41,404 nucleotides of DNA from Octopus sinensis. Its lineage: Eukaryota. Each line of letters starts with the position of its first letter. Position 1 is the first letter of the stretch. The stretch is from positions 1 through 41,404 of the forward strand of contig NW_021824707.1 in assembly GCF_006345805.1 (NCBI RefSeq), read 5' to 3'. The position numbers were made by a program, and so were the translations under genes. Positions 1-11,934 of the stretch are shown piece by piece. A model generated the notes under the pieces. It saw only the letters and a list, made by a program, of their open reading frames with translations. It searched no databases and was not told the DNA's origin.

Positions 1-91
1 GTATAATATCTACAATTTTTATACATACACATATATATGTATATTACATTTGTGTGTATATGTGTGTATACATATATAAATTAAATATATA

Positions 92-186
<95 letters not shown>

Positions 187-371
187 TAAAACATATGTAT
201 ACATGTACATACCTGAATATATACATTTCTCATTCTCTTTCTCTCTCTCTATCTATTTATCTATCTATGTCACTATTTTTCTATCTATACACGCACACAT
301 ACATGGACATAGTGTAATTATTTCCCAGGAAATACAATGAGCAGCCTAAAGCAATTCCATGCCATTGAGGA

Positions 372-420
<49 letters not shown>

Positions 421-689
421 ATATTGGTGTTTTAGTGTTTTTTTAATATTTCCACACACATATACATACACATAGACGCACGCAAATACATACACCACAC
501 ACACACTCATACAGACACACTCACATATTACATATATGTATAAATAAAATTTGTATACAAATATATGTACATATATATATGTGTATATATATATATGATG
601 ACAATAGCGTATAATGAGAACATTACGCCACGTGCGTATTCTCTACGTGTGTGTATAGTTTTTAGTTTTTTTGGTTTTCTATGTCTGAA

Positions 690-870
690 TGGTGGCGATC
701 TGACAGAATCATTCGCTCACCGGGACAAAATGTTCATCGGTATTTCGTTTAAATTCCGCCGTGGTTGACTTTGCTTCTTTGCTTTTCGTCCTTTTGCGAA
801 GCACTAGGGATGGGGTTGGGATCTCGATGTAATCGACTTACTTCCACCGAAACTGCGGGCCTTGTACCAA
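690..870 (+). mobile_element. Degenerate tRNA-derived SINE, family A
   Basis: GGTGGCGATCTGACAGAATC...AAATTCCGCCGTGGTTGACTTTG...GATGTAATCGACTTA aligns by eye with the better copies at 8484 and 11128. Confidence 0.7.
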
Positions 871-959
871 TGTATAATTTGCTTTTTGCAATCCTGTGTA
901 CGTGTGTCTTTACCTGTTACACGCATGCTTATGTTTACATGTTTATGCATGTATATGAA

Positions 960-1132
960 CAAGGGCCGACTCATATATCCCCAACCTGTGTGGGACACCG
1001 GTCCATGGCAGGTTGGAGCAATGTGAAATGAAGTGTGTTGCTGAGGAAGAAAATGCGTCACCCTGTCCAGGAATCGAAATCACAATCTTGCGATCATGTG
1101 TCCAAAATTCTAACCACTAATCCACGCGCCCC
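960..1132 (-). mobile_element. Degenerate tRNA-derived SINE, family D
   Basis: Minus strand has A-box TGGATTAGTGG, B-box-like TTTCGATTCC, then CACTTCATTTCACATTGCTCC, a segment shared with the copy at 23687. Confidence 0.65.
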
Positions 1133-1199
1133 ACTCATGTATATGATTATATATGTGTGTGGTGTGTGTGTGTGTGTTTGTGTAAATTTGTGTTTCTCT

Positions 1200-1500
1200 A
1201 TATACGTACGTATACATACGTACACGCGCATATACATACATACATACACATACATACACACACACATACATGCATACATACACACATACATACATACACA
1301 CATATACAGACACAGACACACATACATACACACATACATACACACATACATACATGCATGCACACACTTACATGCATACACACACACGCATACATACATA
1401 CACACACACACGTACATTTATACATACACACACAGACACACACACAAACACATACATACACACACACAAACACATACATACAAACACTCATACATACGCA
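1200..1500. repeat. (CA)n/(CATA)n compound microsatellite
   Basis: Directly visible. Confidence 0.95.
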
Positions 1501-2477
1501 ACAGACGTTTCCGAACACACATCGGACCGATCGGCCACAGCTGGACACACCATACCCCGTCTTCTTCTCACACGCGATATCCTTGGTCATCATCAGCAAC
1601 GACGGACCAATTAATAATGTGCGCGTATGTCTGTATGTGTGTATGTTATATATATATATATATATATATCGTTGTCGCCCTTCTGTAAAATTTTAAAATT
1701 TTGCCCTGTATATATACACACATACAGACTCATACGTACACACACACATACACAAAGCATAATTGCATTAGAAATAGCATACATTTCGATCTGTTTTAAC
1801 ACAGCAAATATATTGTTAGAAATGCTCCTACAGAACGAAACATGTGACCATTTGTGGTGAATCGGTTTTTGTCATTACTTAGTGCAGAAGTATTCTCAAT
1901 GTCTAATCTTGCCTTAATAGAGTTAACTGAAGGAGAATATTTTTTTTTACTTTATGAATGGCCTTATAATAACGATATGGTGAAGTATTATACAAGAGAG
2001 AGAATATGTGATACTTTAGATTAACTCCCTTTATCATACACAATATTTGTAGTAACCACCAGACGGATATTTGCTCTCTTCTGAAACGGAATACGTTCAT
2101 CATATTGGAAACTTATCCTACCTTAATTCTTCTTTGCTCCCCAAATTCAAGCCTCTGACCATTCTGAATAATTTCTCTTAGCTAAATACACACATACACG
2201 CGTATATTATTACACACACACAGACACACGTGTGTATGTGTGTGTGTGTGAACACTATCTTCTACTTTTAATTATTTGAAGTCTTCCTGTAAAGGAGCTG
2301 GTTTTTAACGAAGATACAAAGTTCCACTGTTGAAAGAAAAATAAAACAATGAGAAAAAAACACATTTTTTAAACCTGAGAAAACTCTTGTATATTTATAT
2401 TGTTCCGATTAATGATTGTATTTGTAATGTGCGTGTCAGCTGGTTGATTTCTTTTTGTGAAGACCTCTGCTGTTTTC

Positions 2478-2556
2478 AGATTATCACTTAGGCATTCTTT
2501 GACAAAACCAAGATTATCACTTAGGCATTCACTGACAAAACATCGATTATCATTAG
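2478..2556. repeat. Tandem duplication of about 33 bp (AGATTATCACTTAGGCATTC..TGACAAAAC, about 2.4 copies)
   Basis: Directly visible inside the LINE remnant. Confidence 0.8.
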
Positions 2557-2739
2557 TATATATGAGAATTTAGAATCTGGATATAGAAGCTGAAGGTTTC
2601 GAAGTAGTTGTCCTCTTTCTCCTTTTTCTCCTTGAATATTCGATGAGACATTTCCATCAACAGAGTTGTTGATCGCTATGGCGGTACATATTTTGCAGTG
2701 TCTGTCTTGCAAAAACAATATCCGACCCGTTCGGCTTCC

Positions 2740-2981
2740 TCTTACTCTTTTACTTGTTTCAGTCATTTGACTGTGGCCATGCTGGGGCACCGCCTTTAGT
2801 CGAGCAAATCGACCCCAGGACTTATTCTTTGTAAGACTAGTTCTTATTTTATCGGTCTCTTTTGCCGAACCACTAAGTTACGGGGACGTAAACACACCAG
2901 CATCGGTTGTCAAGCGATGTTGGGAGGGGGACAAACACAGACACAAACATATACACACACATACATACATACATACATACA

Positions 2982-3030
<49 letters not shown>

Positions 3031-3064
3031 GTAAAAGTAAAAAAAAATATATGTATATATATAT

Positions 3065-3131
<67 letters not shown>

Positions 3132-3292
3132 CGACGGTCTTCTTTCAGTTTTCGTCTACCAAATCCACTCACAAGGCTTTTGTAGGCCCCAAGGCTATAG
3201 TAGAAGACACTTGCTCAAGGTGCCACGCAGTGGGACTGAACCCGGCAATTTGTGGTTCGTAAGCAAGCTACTTACCACACAGCCACTCCTAC
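2740..3292 (-). mobile_element. Full-length tRNA-derived SINE, family B (CORE-like, internal microsatellite)
   Basis: Minus strand GGAGTGGCTGTGTGGTAAG (A-box), GGTTCAGTCCC (B-box), GCACCTTGAGCAAGTGTCTT (CORE-like), internal microsatellite, 3' end GACTGAAACAAGTAAAAGAG. Several other copies in the window. Confidence 0.9.
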
Positions 3293-3903
3293 TTAGTAAA
3301 GTTTCCTTTCTTTCATTTCTTGTGTTGATAGTTATCTATGTACTCAGTTATAGAGAAGCTCTATATTTATCCGAGGACAGACTTCTTTTTGAGTGGCATC
3401 GAATATTATTTTAGCGACAACATCGTGTCACATCGGGAGGCAGTACCTTGGTGACATTTTCGAGCAGATGCTAAGCACGTGCGCGATGTCTTCCACAGGA
3501 ATATGACGTATCGGACATCTACGGTTGCGTCTTGTACGTCTATATGTAATGCATATATCTGGTTGTGTATAGATGTACGTATAATGTACGTAAATACGCA
3601 TTTTATATTCTTTAGCAGTTTGTGGACAATAGAGTCCTTGGTTACATATTTTCAAAGGCCAACGTAGAGGATTCGATGCCAATTTATACTCTGGGAGATA
3701 ATATATATATATGTATATATGGATGTGTGTGTGTGTGTATGTGTGTGTGTGTGCGTGTGTGTATTTACTGAGCTGAAAAGCAATTGGATTACTGACTTAG
3801 GAGCTCAGAAGTTTTATTTGCTATTGATCTTGGTAATTTACGGAGATCAATCGCCAGATAAAACTTACGAATTCCTAACTCGGTAATTAAATTTCTTTTC
3901 TGC

Positions 3904-3931
3904 ACACACACACACACACACACACATACAT

Positions 3932-3964
<33 letters not shown>

Positions 3965-4320
3965 TACATACATACATACATACATACATGCACACATACA
4001 TACACACACACACACATACATACATACATACACACACATACATACATACACACACACATATATACATACATACATACATACATAGATACATACGTACATA
4101 CATACACACATACATACATACATACATACACACATACACACAGACATACATACATACACACACACATACACACATACATACATACATACATACATACACA
4201 CATGCATACATACATACATATCTTCCTCTGTGTGTGTGTGTATTTGTGCTTGTGTAAGTGTGTGTATACTTACATATATATACATACATATATACATACA
4301 TGCGTGCATACATACATTCA
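3904..4320. repeat. (CA)n/(CATA)n microsatellite
   Basis: Directly visible. Confidence 0.95.
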
Positions 4321-4423
4321 TGATTTTCTTAGAATTTTATTCAAGTTCTTCTTAAGAATGTTCAAGCTGCTCTCTAACAACGTGACAAGACATTTTGAGT
4401 TTAGAGTTTCCGGTGTTAGTAAA

Positions 4424-4654
4424 TACGAGGTACGTTCAAAACGGATCCGTCTTTATTTTTTCCCGCCTAAACTAATGCTGCGCGGATAAAATCCTTTCGG
4501 TGGGATGTGACGTCACCCTTCCTGCGCGTGCGCTAAGATTTTTTCGCCGCTAGGTCACGCCATTTGTTGCTGTTACTCCTACGGCATAGGCGTGTTATGC
4601 TCGCTCGTCGGATTTTCGTTTTGATACAAGATAACCGAAGGTATCAAGCAGAAA
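4424..4654 (+). mobile_element. Mariner-like transposon 5' end (TIR, leader, first codons)
   Basis: Starts TACGAGGTACGTTCAAAA (mariner-type TIR after TA). Ends ATAACCGAAGGTATCAAGCAGAAA (ITEGIKQK), resembling a decayed mariner N-terminus of the MTERIEQR type. Confidence 0.55.
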
Positions 4655-5380
4655 GCATAAACCCATGTCTAATCACCGGTGGTGATGGTCTTCGTGAAGT
4701 CCGGGTTGTGGTTTGCACAGTCCAACATGTTCCAGTGGTTTGCACAATCCATCATGTTCCAGTGGTTTGCACAATCCAACATGTTCCAGTTGTTTGCACA
4801 GTCCAACCTGTTCCAGTGGTTTGCACAATCCAACATGTTCCAGTGGTTTGCACAGACCAACATGTCCCCAATGATTTCCAAGCGGTGTTGCTTCTACTGT
4901 TCCGCCAGAACCTTGCCGATGGATTTCGCTGGGCATACTCCACATGCAAAAATCCTCCGTTGAAATGAAAAGCACACTGACCCTCTGCTTATTCCTGCTT
5001 TGTGAGAAATTTCCTACATGGTTACTCGAGACATTTCCATGACTATACGCCAAACCATCTCAATCGTCTCCTCATTCCATCTTATAGATGGCCTACCTGA
5101 GCGTGCCTCAGGTGGCCAAACGTGTGGCCATGTTTGAAGCGGTTGTACTACTCCTTGATCTGAGTCTCGTCCGTGGCTCAAACACCAAAGACCTGTTGAA
5201 TCTTCTAGATGGTTTGAGCTTGGGTATCGCCGAAATTTTCGCTAAACTTGATGAAATATCTCTGATGGATGTGTTTGGTAAAAACAAAACTTCAGCAAGC
5301 GGAGATTTGCAATGTCTTACATATCTTCACTGTGCCACTAATAAATCAGATTCGGAGAACCAGCGTCCGTTCTTTTGATC
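4650..5380 (-). mobile_element. Mariner transposase pseudogene, N-terminal half
   Basis: Minus strand QRYFIKFSENFGDTQAQTI*KIQQVFG...QIKE*YNRFKHG...RSGRPS...KQHRLEIIGDMLxCANH...PDFTKTITTGD*TWVY, matching the mariner HTH region and the TGDETW first catalytic motif. Confidence 0.85.
4708..4869. repeat. 27-bp minisatellite x6 (GTGGTTTGCACAATCCAACATGTTCCA)
   Basis: Six consecutive units starting at 4708, 4735, 4762, 4789, 4816 and 4843, with 0-4 mismatches each. Confidence 0.95.
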
Positions 5381-5409
5381 TTTTTTCGAAAGAAGACAGT
5401 ACTCTATGT

Positions 5410-5524
5410 TTGTGTGTATGTGTGTATGTATGTATGTATGTATGTATGTATGTATGTATGTATGTGTGTATGTATGTATGTATGTATGTATGTATGTATG
5501 TATGTATTTATGTATGTATGTATG

Positions 5525-5555
<31 letters not shown>

Positions 5556-5850
5556 GTATGTATGTATATATGCATGTATGTATGCATGTATATGAATACA
5601 CATACACGTGTATATATACATGTGTATGTGTGCGTCCGTTCATACATATGTGTGTGTAATTATATATTTAGGTAGAGAGAGAGAGAGAGAGAGAGAGAAA
5701 TCGAGAAAGAAAAGAATAAATAAATGAATTAATGCATGAAGGAAGGAAGAAAGGAAGGAAGGAAGAAAGGAAGGAAGGAAGAAAGGAAGGAAGGAAGAAA
5801 GGAAGGAAGGAAGGAAGGAAAGAGGGAAAGAAGGAAAGAAAGAAGAAAGC
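5410..5850. repeat. (GTAT)n, (GA)n and (GGAA)n microsatellites
   Basis: Directly visible. Confidence 0.95.
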
Positions 5851-5923
5851 TGACTTTGATCGTTGCGTGTTGCTTGTTTGTCCGTGTTCGTGAAAACGGG
5901 TATGGTAGTTTGCTGCTATCTAT

Positions 5924-5964
<41 letters not shown>

Positions 5965-6291
5965 CCTCTCTCTCCCTCTCTCCTCTCTCTATATATATAT
6001 ATATATATACGTACATCGAAGAAACGCATCCGTATATATAAATGCACACACACACACATACGCGTGCGTGTACACAGGTGGAAGCTCACACATACACGCA
6101 CATAGGCCAATATACAGATGCACATATACGCATATAGGTAACATATTCGCAGACATACACACACACACGAATAGATTCATTACCACACTCACACACATGA
6201 ACACAGACAGAATCACAAACCATTCATATACACATATAAACAAAATCATACATACATACATATATATATATGTGTATATATGTATGTATGC

Positions 6292-6380
<89 letters not shown>

Positions 6381-6929
6381 CACACACATACATATATATA
6401 TACATATCCACAGGCACACTCGTACACTTATATAAATATATACATATTTCACAGACATACATACATACACATACGTACAGGTACACTTGCACACTCAGTG
6501 AGAGACTCACATAATTGCATTTAATATCCTTAATTGTTGCTAATTGCAAATCCAGCTTCGAGTTTCATTAACCTGGAGGACTTCAGAAATATAGAAAGCA
6601 GATTAATGAAACACTTTTCGTAGCGTGTAAACATCCCAGGAAGACATACGTCCCTGAAAGGGGCCAAATATTTTGATTGTCGACCTCAAACTCAAAAGTG
6701 CTCTTTAAAATTATCGCTTACACGCATATAGAAATACGACACGCGCACTTATACACACACACACACACACACACGTTGAGATTGTGTGACATCACAAACG
6801 TATAGAGACAGGTAGTTAAATGTACTTCACTATTGAAAGTTTTGTACGTTTAAAAGATTATCCTAGGTTTTCTTAACTCTAATCCCAGAACCAAACCCAA
6901 GTTGGCCGTCAATCTATAATACATTCATG

Positions 6930-7240
6930 GGACTGGGGACCATATGTGAACTTAGATTCCCATTGAAAATCCGAACATGACTCCCTACACCGTGACAACG
7001 AGCGATGACTACGGCTACGGTATCCGCGCAGTCCAACGCCTTTGCTTGCCGTGGGACATTTATCTAATTTGTAATGTGGATATTTGGGGCCACGGGCATT
7101 ACTTTTACCTGCTGGAATGCTACAGCCGATCGTCGGGTGTGGTCAGCATTCGTGAGGGACGCGGTAAACTCGCTGGCCGTAGCCGGATCAGCCCACCCTT
7201 GTTGAATGCCTTCTCAAGAACAAGCAGTACTATAAAATAA
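6930..7240 (+). mobile_element. Possible highly decayed RLE-type retrotransposon 3' fragment
   Basis: With frameshifts: ICEL..IPIENPNM..H, FACRGTFI and YSRSSGVVSIR, loosely resembling the ELTxPxE / GCRGF / SSxxxWxxR pattern of HERO-like RLE C-termini. GC-richer than the flanks. Confidence 0.3.
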
Positions 7241-8477
7241 TCGAACTCTAACCCCAACTAATTTATAATCTTAAACCCAATCCTACCGAATTTGAAGCGC
7301 CGTTAAAGCGTAGGGCAAAAACCCTCGTGGTATTTGTCTTGACACTGCGTTCAAAGCTTTGCTAGCTTAGAAGATTGTCCCAAGATTTTCCTAACTCTAA
7401 TCCCGATCCCCAACACTGAGCAAGCCCTTATTCCATATTGAAACCAAACACTAATCTCCACCACGTCATAATCTTAATCCAACTTTTTTCTAATTGGCAA
7501 ATCTATTAAAATATAAGACGAAAATGCTTATGGCAAATATCCTGTATCTGCGTTCTGTGTTCAAATCAAACTGTGTCCTCTTTGCCATTTTTATTCTATG
7601 AAAATCGGTTAAATATCAGCAGCACCAGTCAAGGGCAGTGGATTAGCAAAACAGATGAAGCGTGGGACTCGATGCCTTGTGATAATTGCTCTGCTTCTTT
7701 GTATTCTAATTTCTCGAGTGGTTGACTTAATCCTTGGTTCGGTTTAACCCCACCACGTGACCATTGGGTGGCTTTAAAAGAGTTTACTCTGTTGCAAGCA
7801 TTTCGGACGGTTTCCATTTTGAGGATCAGTTCCAGACTCCATGTCATGTAAGCTATAAAAATGAAGGATTATGTGCGCTGTTCCTCGCGCCAAAACTAAA
7901 AAAGAAAGGATCTGAAAGTACCTCTTTAAGAATTTGTCTTTTGTTGTTGGTGGGGGGTAGTGGTGGTAGTAGTAGTTGTGGTGGTAGTGGTGATGGTGGC
8001 GGTGATGTTGGTTGTGGGAACGGTGGTGTTATTTGGTTAACCAAGATCAACAAGCTTTCCGGTCGTGGTGAGCCGTCTTCACAAAGGTTTCTGAGATTGC
8101 ACAATCAAATATATCGTTCTCGTTTTAAAATGGAAAGGTATGATTACAGAGGATTTTACTATTATTTCCAATAGGGGGGAGGGATCATATATATGTATTC
8201 ATTTCCTTTGATCACCATTATGAGATGTGCTTTGGAAAAGTCTATTTAATGCCATCTGTGTATCTGCTAATTTTTGTCTAAACACAGAACTATAAGATTA
8301 CCCACGTTTGTCATGATCTTGCTTACTATAGTGAGTTGCTACTCTACAAGGTAGTAGAGTAACAATTCACTGATTTTGTTCAAACTCAGGTTGACCCGAA
8401 TCAAAAAATTACGTGATCATATACACTCCATCCGTGATCATCCTGTCAGTTTGCATACCAGAAACTACATGGCCCAA

Positions 8478-8897
8478 CTACAAGGCGGTGAGCTGGCAGA
8501 AACATTAGCACGCCGGGCGAAATGCGTAGCCGTATTTCGTCTGCCGCTACGTTCTGAGTTCAAATTCCGCCGAAGTCTACTTTGCCTTTCATCCTTTCGG
8601 GGTCGATTAAATAAGTACTAGTTACGCACTGGGGTAGATGTAATCGACTTAATCCATTTGTCTGTCCTTGATTGTCCTCTCTGATTGTCCTCCCTTGTGG
8701 GTAGTAAAGAAATAGGTATTTCGTCTGCTGTTACGTTCTGAGTTCAAATTCCGCCGAGGTTGACTTTGCCTTTCATCGTTTCGGAGTCGATAAATTAAGT
8801 ACCAGTTACGCACTGGGGTCGATATAATCGACTTAATCCGTTTGTCTGTCCTTGTTCGTTCTCAATGTTTAGCCCCTTTGTGGGTAGTAAAGAAATA
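8478..8897 (+). mobile_element. Dimeric SINE, family A, with 18-bp TSD
   Basis: A-box TGGCAGAAAC, B-box GAGTTCAAATTCC. Second unit restarts at GGTATTTCG (8715). TSD AGAAACTACATGGCCCAA at 8460-8477 and 8898-8915. Confidence 0.92.
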
Positions 8898-9265
8898 AGA
8901 AACTACATGGCCCAATATGTTAATACATTTTTAATGCTGAAAATTGTATTACGACTACACCAACACATAACGTAATTTTTAGGGAATTAGGCTGTAATTT
9001 TTTTTTTTTTACATAACAAGCGACTATATATATAGCCGCGAGTTGACAATACGCATTCTCTAGTCAATAAACAGGTTTTCTTCCCTCTAATAAATTAAAG
9101 TGGTTTCTGAATTAGCAAGTTATGGTATAATTTCCATATAAGAAAACCGAGACACTCGTTCCTCCTCTTCTCAATACCCATGCTATGTATAATCACGTAC
9201 CAACTAAATCGCCACATAAGCCACCTTCTTCTAATTATGCCTTCCCAAATAACCTTCATCTAGAA

Positions 9266-9605
9266 CAGGGGGGTTCTCAACCATTTTTTACCTCTGGACC
9301 CCTTTGATTACTATTTTATTCTAGTGGACCCTCCATAGTTATTCGATCGCTAGTATTATACAAGAACTTCTTTCAAAATTCCTATTTTATTTCTCGCACT
9401 TGTGTAGGTTGAATTATATAAAATGTTTGAGAAAAAACCATGCTGTTTCCTGCAATACATACCAATACATACATCTAAAACAAAATTTTCTTTGGGGCCC
9501 TTAAAATACTATTCTGGATCCCTAATTTATTATTTTGTGGTGTGGACCCCCAAAAATCTAAAATTGACTCTCAGGAGCCATTTGGATCCCGGCTGAGATC
9601 CACTG
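9266..9605. mobile_element. Non-autonomous hAT (Charlie-like) MITE
   Basis: Ends CAGGGGGGTTCTCAACC and GGCTGAGATCCACTG (imperfect TIRs). 8-bp flanks ATCTAGAA and GACTAGAA fit the Charlie nTCTAGAn target preference. Confidence 0.8.
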
Positions 9606-10504
9606 GACTAGAATATATCTCCGATCCATGTTCTTTCTTTCTGACGTCCAATTCCAGTTGTTTAAGAAGCCGCATCGCTTTCACTAGTAGCGGTCAGTTT
9701 GCAGAGGTTAAGGACATAAAACTTCTCCTCTTCACTAAAAAAGTCTTAAAATATTATCAGAATAAATAAATGTTAATACATATAGTCTGTCTCCAATAAA
9801 TCAGAAATTGCTCTACAGCAACAATGTGCAACGGAGCGGAGATTAAACCAATTAGTTATTAGGAAAGTTCACCAAAATGTTTAGCATTTATTATACTGTA
9901 ATGAAGACAGCTGCTTATTAATTAATTGAGATTATGTAACTTTTACTAAAAGAAAACAACTATTAAAGCCTACACTGTTAAGGAAATTGTTAAAAATTCT
10001 AGCTCTAACATGTTCTTTTTTTATCGAAATGTGGTTTTCAAATTTCTTTTGATGTTGAAGATTTCAACTACAGAAAACTAATTAACGAATTCTAATTCAT
10101 TGCATGATAACATTTTTTTTTTATTCTGCAAGTCAGAGTTCCCTTTTTATCTTTTCTCTTTGTCTCTCCCAACTCCCTTTCTTTATCACTCTCTCCTTTC
10201 TCATCCACTTTTTTTACACTTCATGACGTTACTTTCTACAGACATATCAGTAAAAAAAAGAGACAAAATATTTCCCCATATTATAAGTTTAATCTAGCTT
10301 CAGGCAAAGCAGGTTCAATCTTGTATAACTTTATATTTGTTGTGGAAGAAATATAAAGATGAATAAAAAAAAAGAGTGTGGGAGCTTTTTATTTACTTAC
10401 ATCGCATTTATCAAATATAACCTTGTAATAGTAATTCCTTATGAAGAATTGCTTGAAAGCTACGCACGAGGTTACGCGATTATTCCAATGCAACTCCTGG
10501 AAAT

Positions 10505-11045
10505 GGTACTTAAGAAGACTAAAAGACAAAGTTAATTTCCACGAGATTTGAACTTATACTCTTTTACTCTTTTACTTGTTTCAGTCATATGACTGTGGCC
10601 GTGCTGGAGCACCGCCTTCAGTCGAACAAATCAACCCCAGGACTTATTCTTTGTAAGTCTAGTACTTATTCTATCGGTCTCTTTTGCGGAACCGCTAAGC
10701 TACGGGAACGTAAACACACCAGCATCGGTTGTCAAGCGATGTTGGGGAGGGGGACAAACACAGACACACAAACATATGCACACACATACATACACATATA
10801 TATACATATATACGACAGGCTTCTTTCAGCTTCTGTCTACCAAATCCACTCACAAGGTTTTGGTCATCCCGAGGCTATAGTAGAAGACACTTGCTCAAGG
10901 GGCCACGCAATGAGACTGAACGCTGAATCGTGTGGTTGGTAAGCAAGCTACCACAGAGCCACTCCCGCGCCTAGAACAAACACTGAGAAGTTTTTTGGGG
11001 TTTTTTTCCGCGGTGCTTTAGCAGCTCGGTTACAGTCCACCAGCT
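10505..11045 (-). mobile_element. Old family A SINE remnant split by a family B insertion
   Basis: AAAAGACAAAGTTAATTTCCACGAGATTTGAACTTA|GAAC matches the reverse complement of family A (AAAGGCAAAGTCGACCTCGGCGGAATTTGAACTCAGAAC). Confidence 0.5.
10557..10971 (-). mobile_element. Full-length SINE, family B
   Basis: High similarity to 2740-3292, with a shorter internal microsatellite. Confidence 0.9.
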
Positions 11046-11127
11046 TTTGCTCGAAATAATACAAAGAAACTTTAGCCATGATAGCTATCGATTTATTTTA
11101 TTATATTTTCATTGTGATCTGCGTTTA

Positions 11128-11526
11128 AGGCGGCGAGCTGGCAGAATCGTTAGCACACCGGGCGAAATGCTTAGCAGTATTTCGTCTGCCACTACGTTCT
11201 GAGTTCAAATTTCGTCGAGGTCGACTTTGTCTTTCATCCTTTCGGGGTCGATAAATTAAGTACCAGTCACACACTGGGGTCCTTGTAATTGACTTAATCC
11301 GTTTGTCTGTCCTTGTTTGTCCCCTCTGTGTTTAGCCCCTTGTGTGGGTAGTAAAGAAATAGGTATTTCGGCTGTCTTTACGTTCTGAGTTCAAATTCCG
11401 CCGAGGTCGACTATGCCTTTCATCCTTTCGGGGTCGATAGACTAAGTACCAGTTGCGTACTGGGGTCGATCTAATTGACTGCCCCCCACCCCCAAAATTT
11501 CGGGTCTTGTGCCTAGAATAGAAAAG
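11128..11526 (+). mobile_element. Dimeric SINE, family A, with two different 3' tails and a degenerate TSD
   Basis: GGCGGCGAGCTGGCAGAATCGTTAG head and the same GTAGTAAAGAAATA|GGTATTTCG junction as the 8478 copy. Flanks ATTGTGATCTGCGTTTA (11111-11127) and ATTATGACCTGTGTTTA (11527-11543) match at 14 of 17 positions. Confidence 0.9.
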
Positions 11527-11596
11527 ATTATGACCTGTGTTTATTAATGTAAGTCTAAACATTTTTATGCACCCAATGTATTAATCGTTGTGATGC

Positions 11597-11597
<1 letters not shown>

Positions 11598-11634
<37 letters not shown>

Positions 11635-11870
11635 TTGTCGTAACCTTGCAATACAGTGCACATGTGTGCAGAGAGAGAGAGAGAGAGAGAAAGAGAGACG
11701 AACAGACAGACATACAGAAAGAAAGAAAGAAAGAGAGAGAGAGAAAGAGGAAGACAGAGGTAGAGAGAGAAGTGGAACACATATGCTATATATTTGTATA
11801 TAACATCTAATCTATATGCATACACACTTGTATAAATATATATACCCACGTATATGTGTATAAATATATA

Positions 11871-11919
<49 letters not shown>

Positions 11920-11934
11920 TACACACACACATAC

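Larger units (their letters stand above)
2365..3690 (-). mobile_element. Decayed RLE-type (R4/Dong-like) non-LTR retrotransposon 3' region, interrupted by a SINE
   Basis: Minus strand gives NRRCPIRHIPVEDIAHVLSICSKMSPRYCLPM*HDVVAK (zinc-knuckle plus RHD motif, about 3400-3540). After the SINE it gives PNGSDIV..DRHCKIC...GQLLRNLQLLYPDSKF (PD-D endonuclease region) and KEINQLTRTLQIQSLIGT..KSFLRF (C-terminus). Stops and frameshifts throughout. Confidence 0.75.

Noticed and set aside
4708-4869. CRISPR-like array or repeat protein
   Set aside because: The units are contiguous with no unique spacers and lie inside a mariner pseudogene in eukaryotic DNA.
7764-8174. 136-aa ORF with a Gly-rich stretch
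   Set aside because: The Gly/Pro run comes from a degenerate (GGT)n repeat, and I recognise no domain or splice context.
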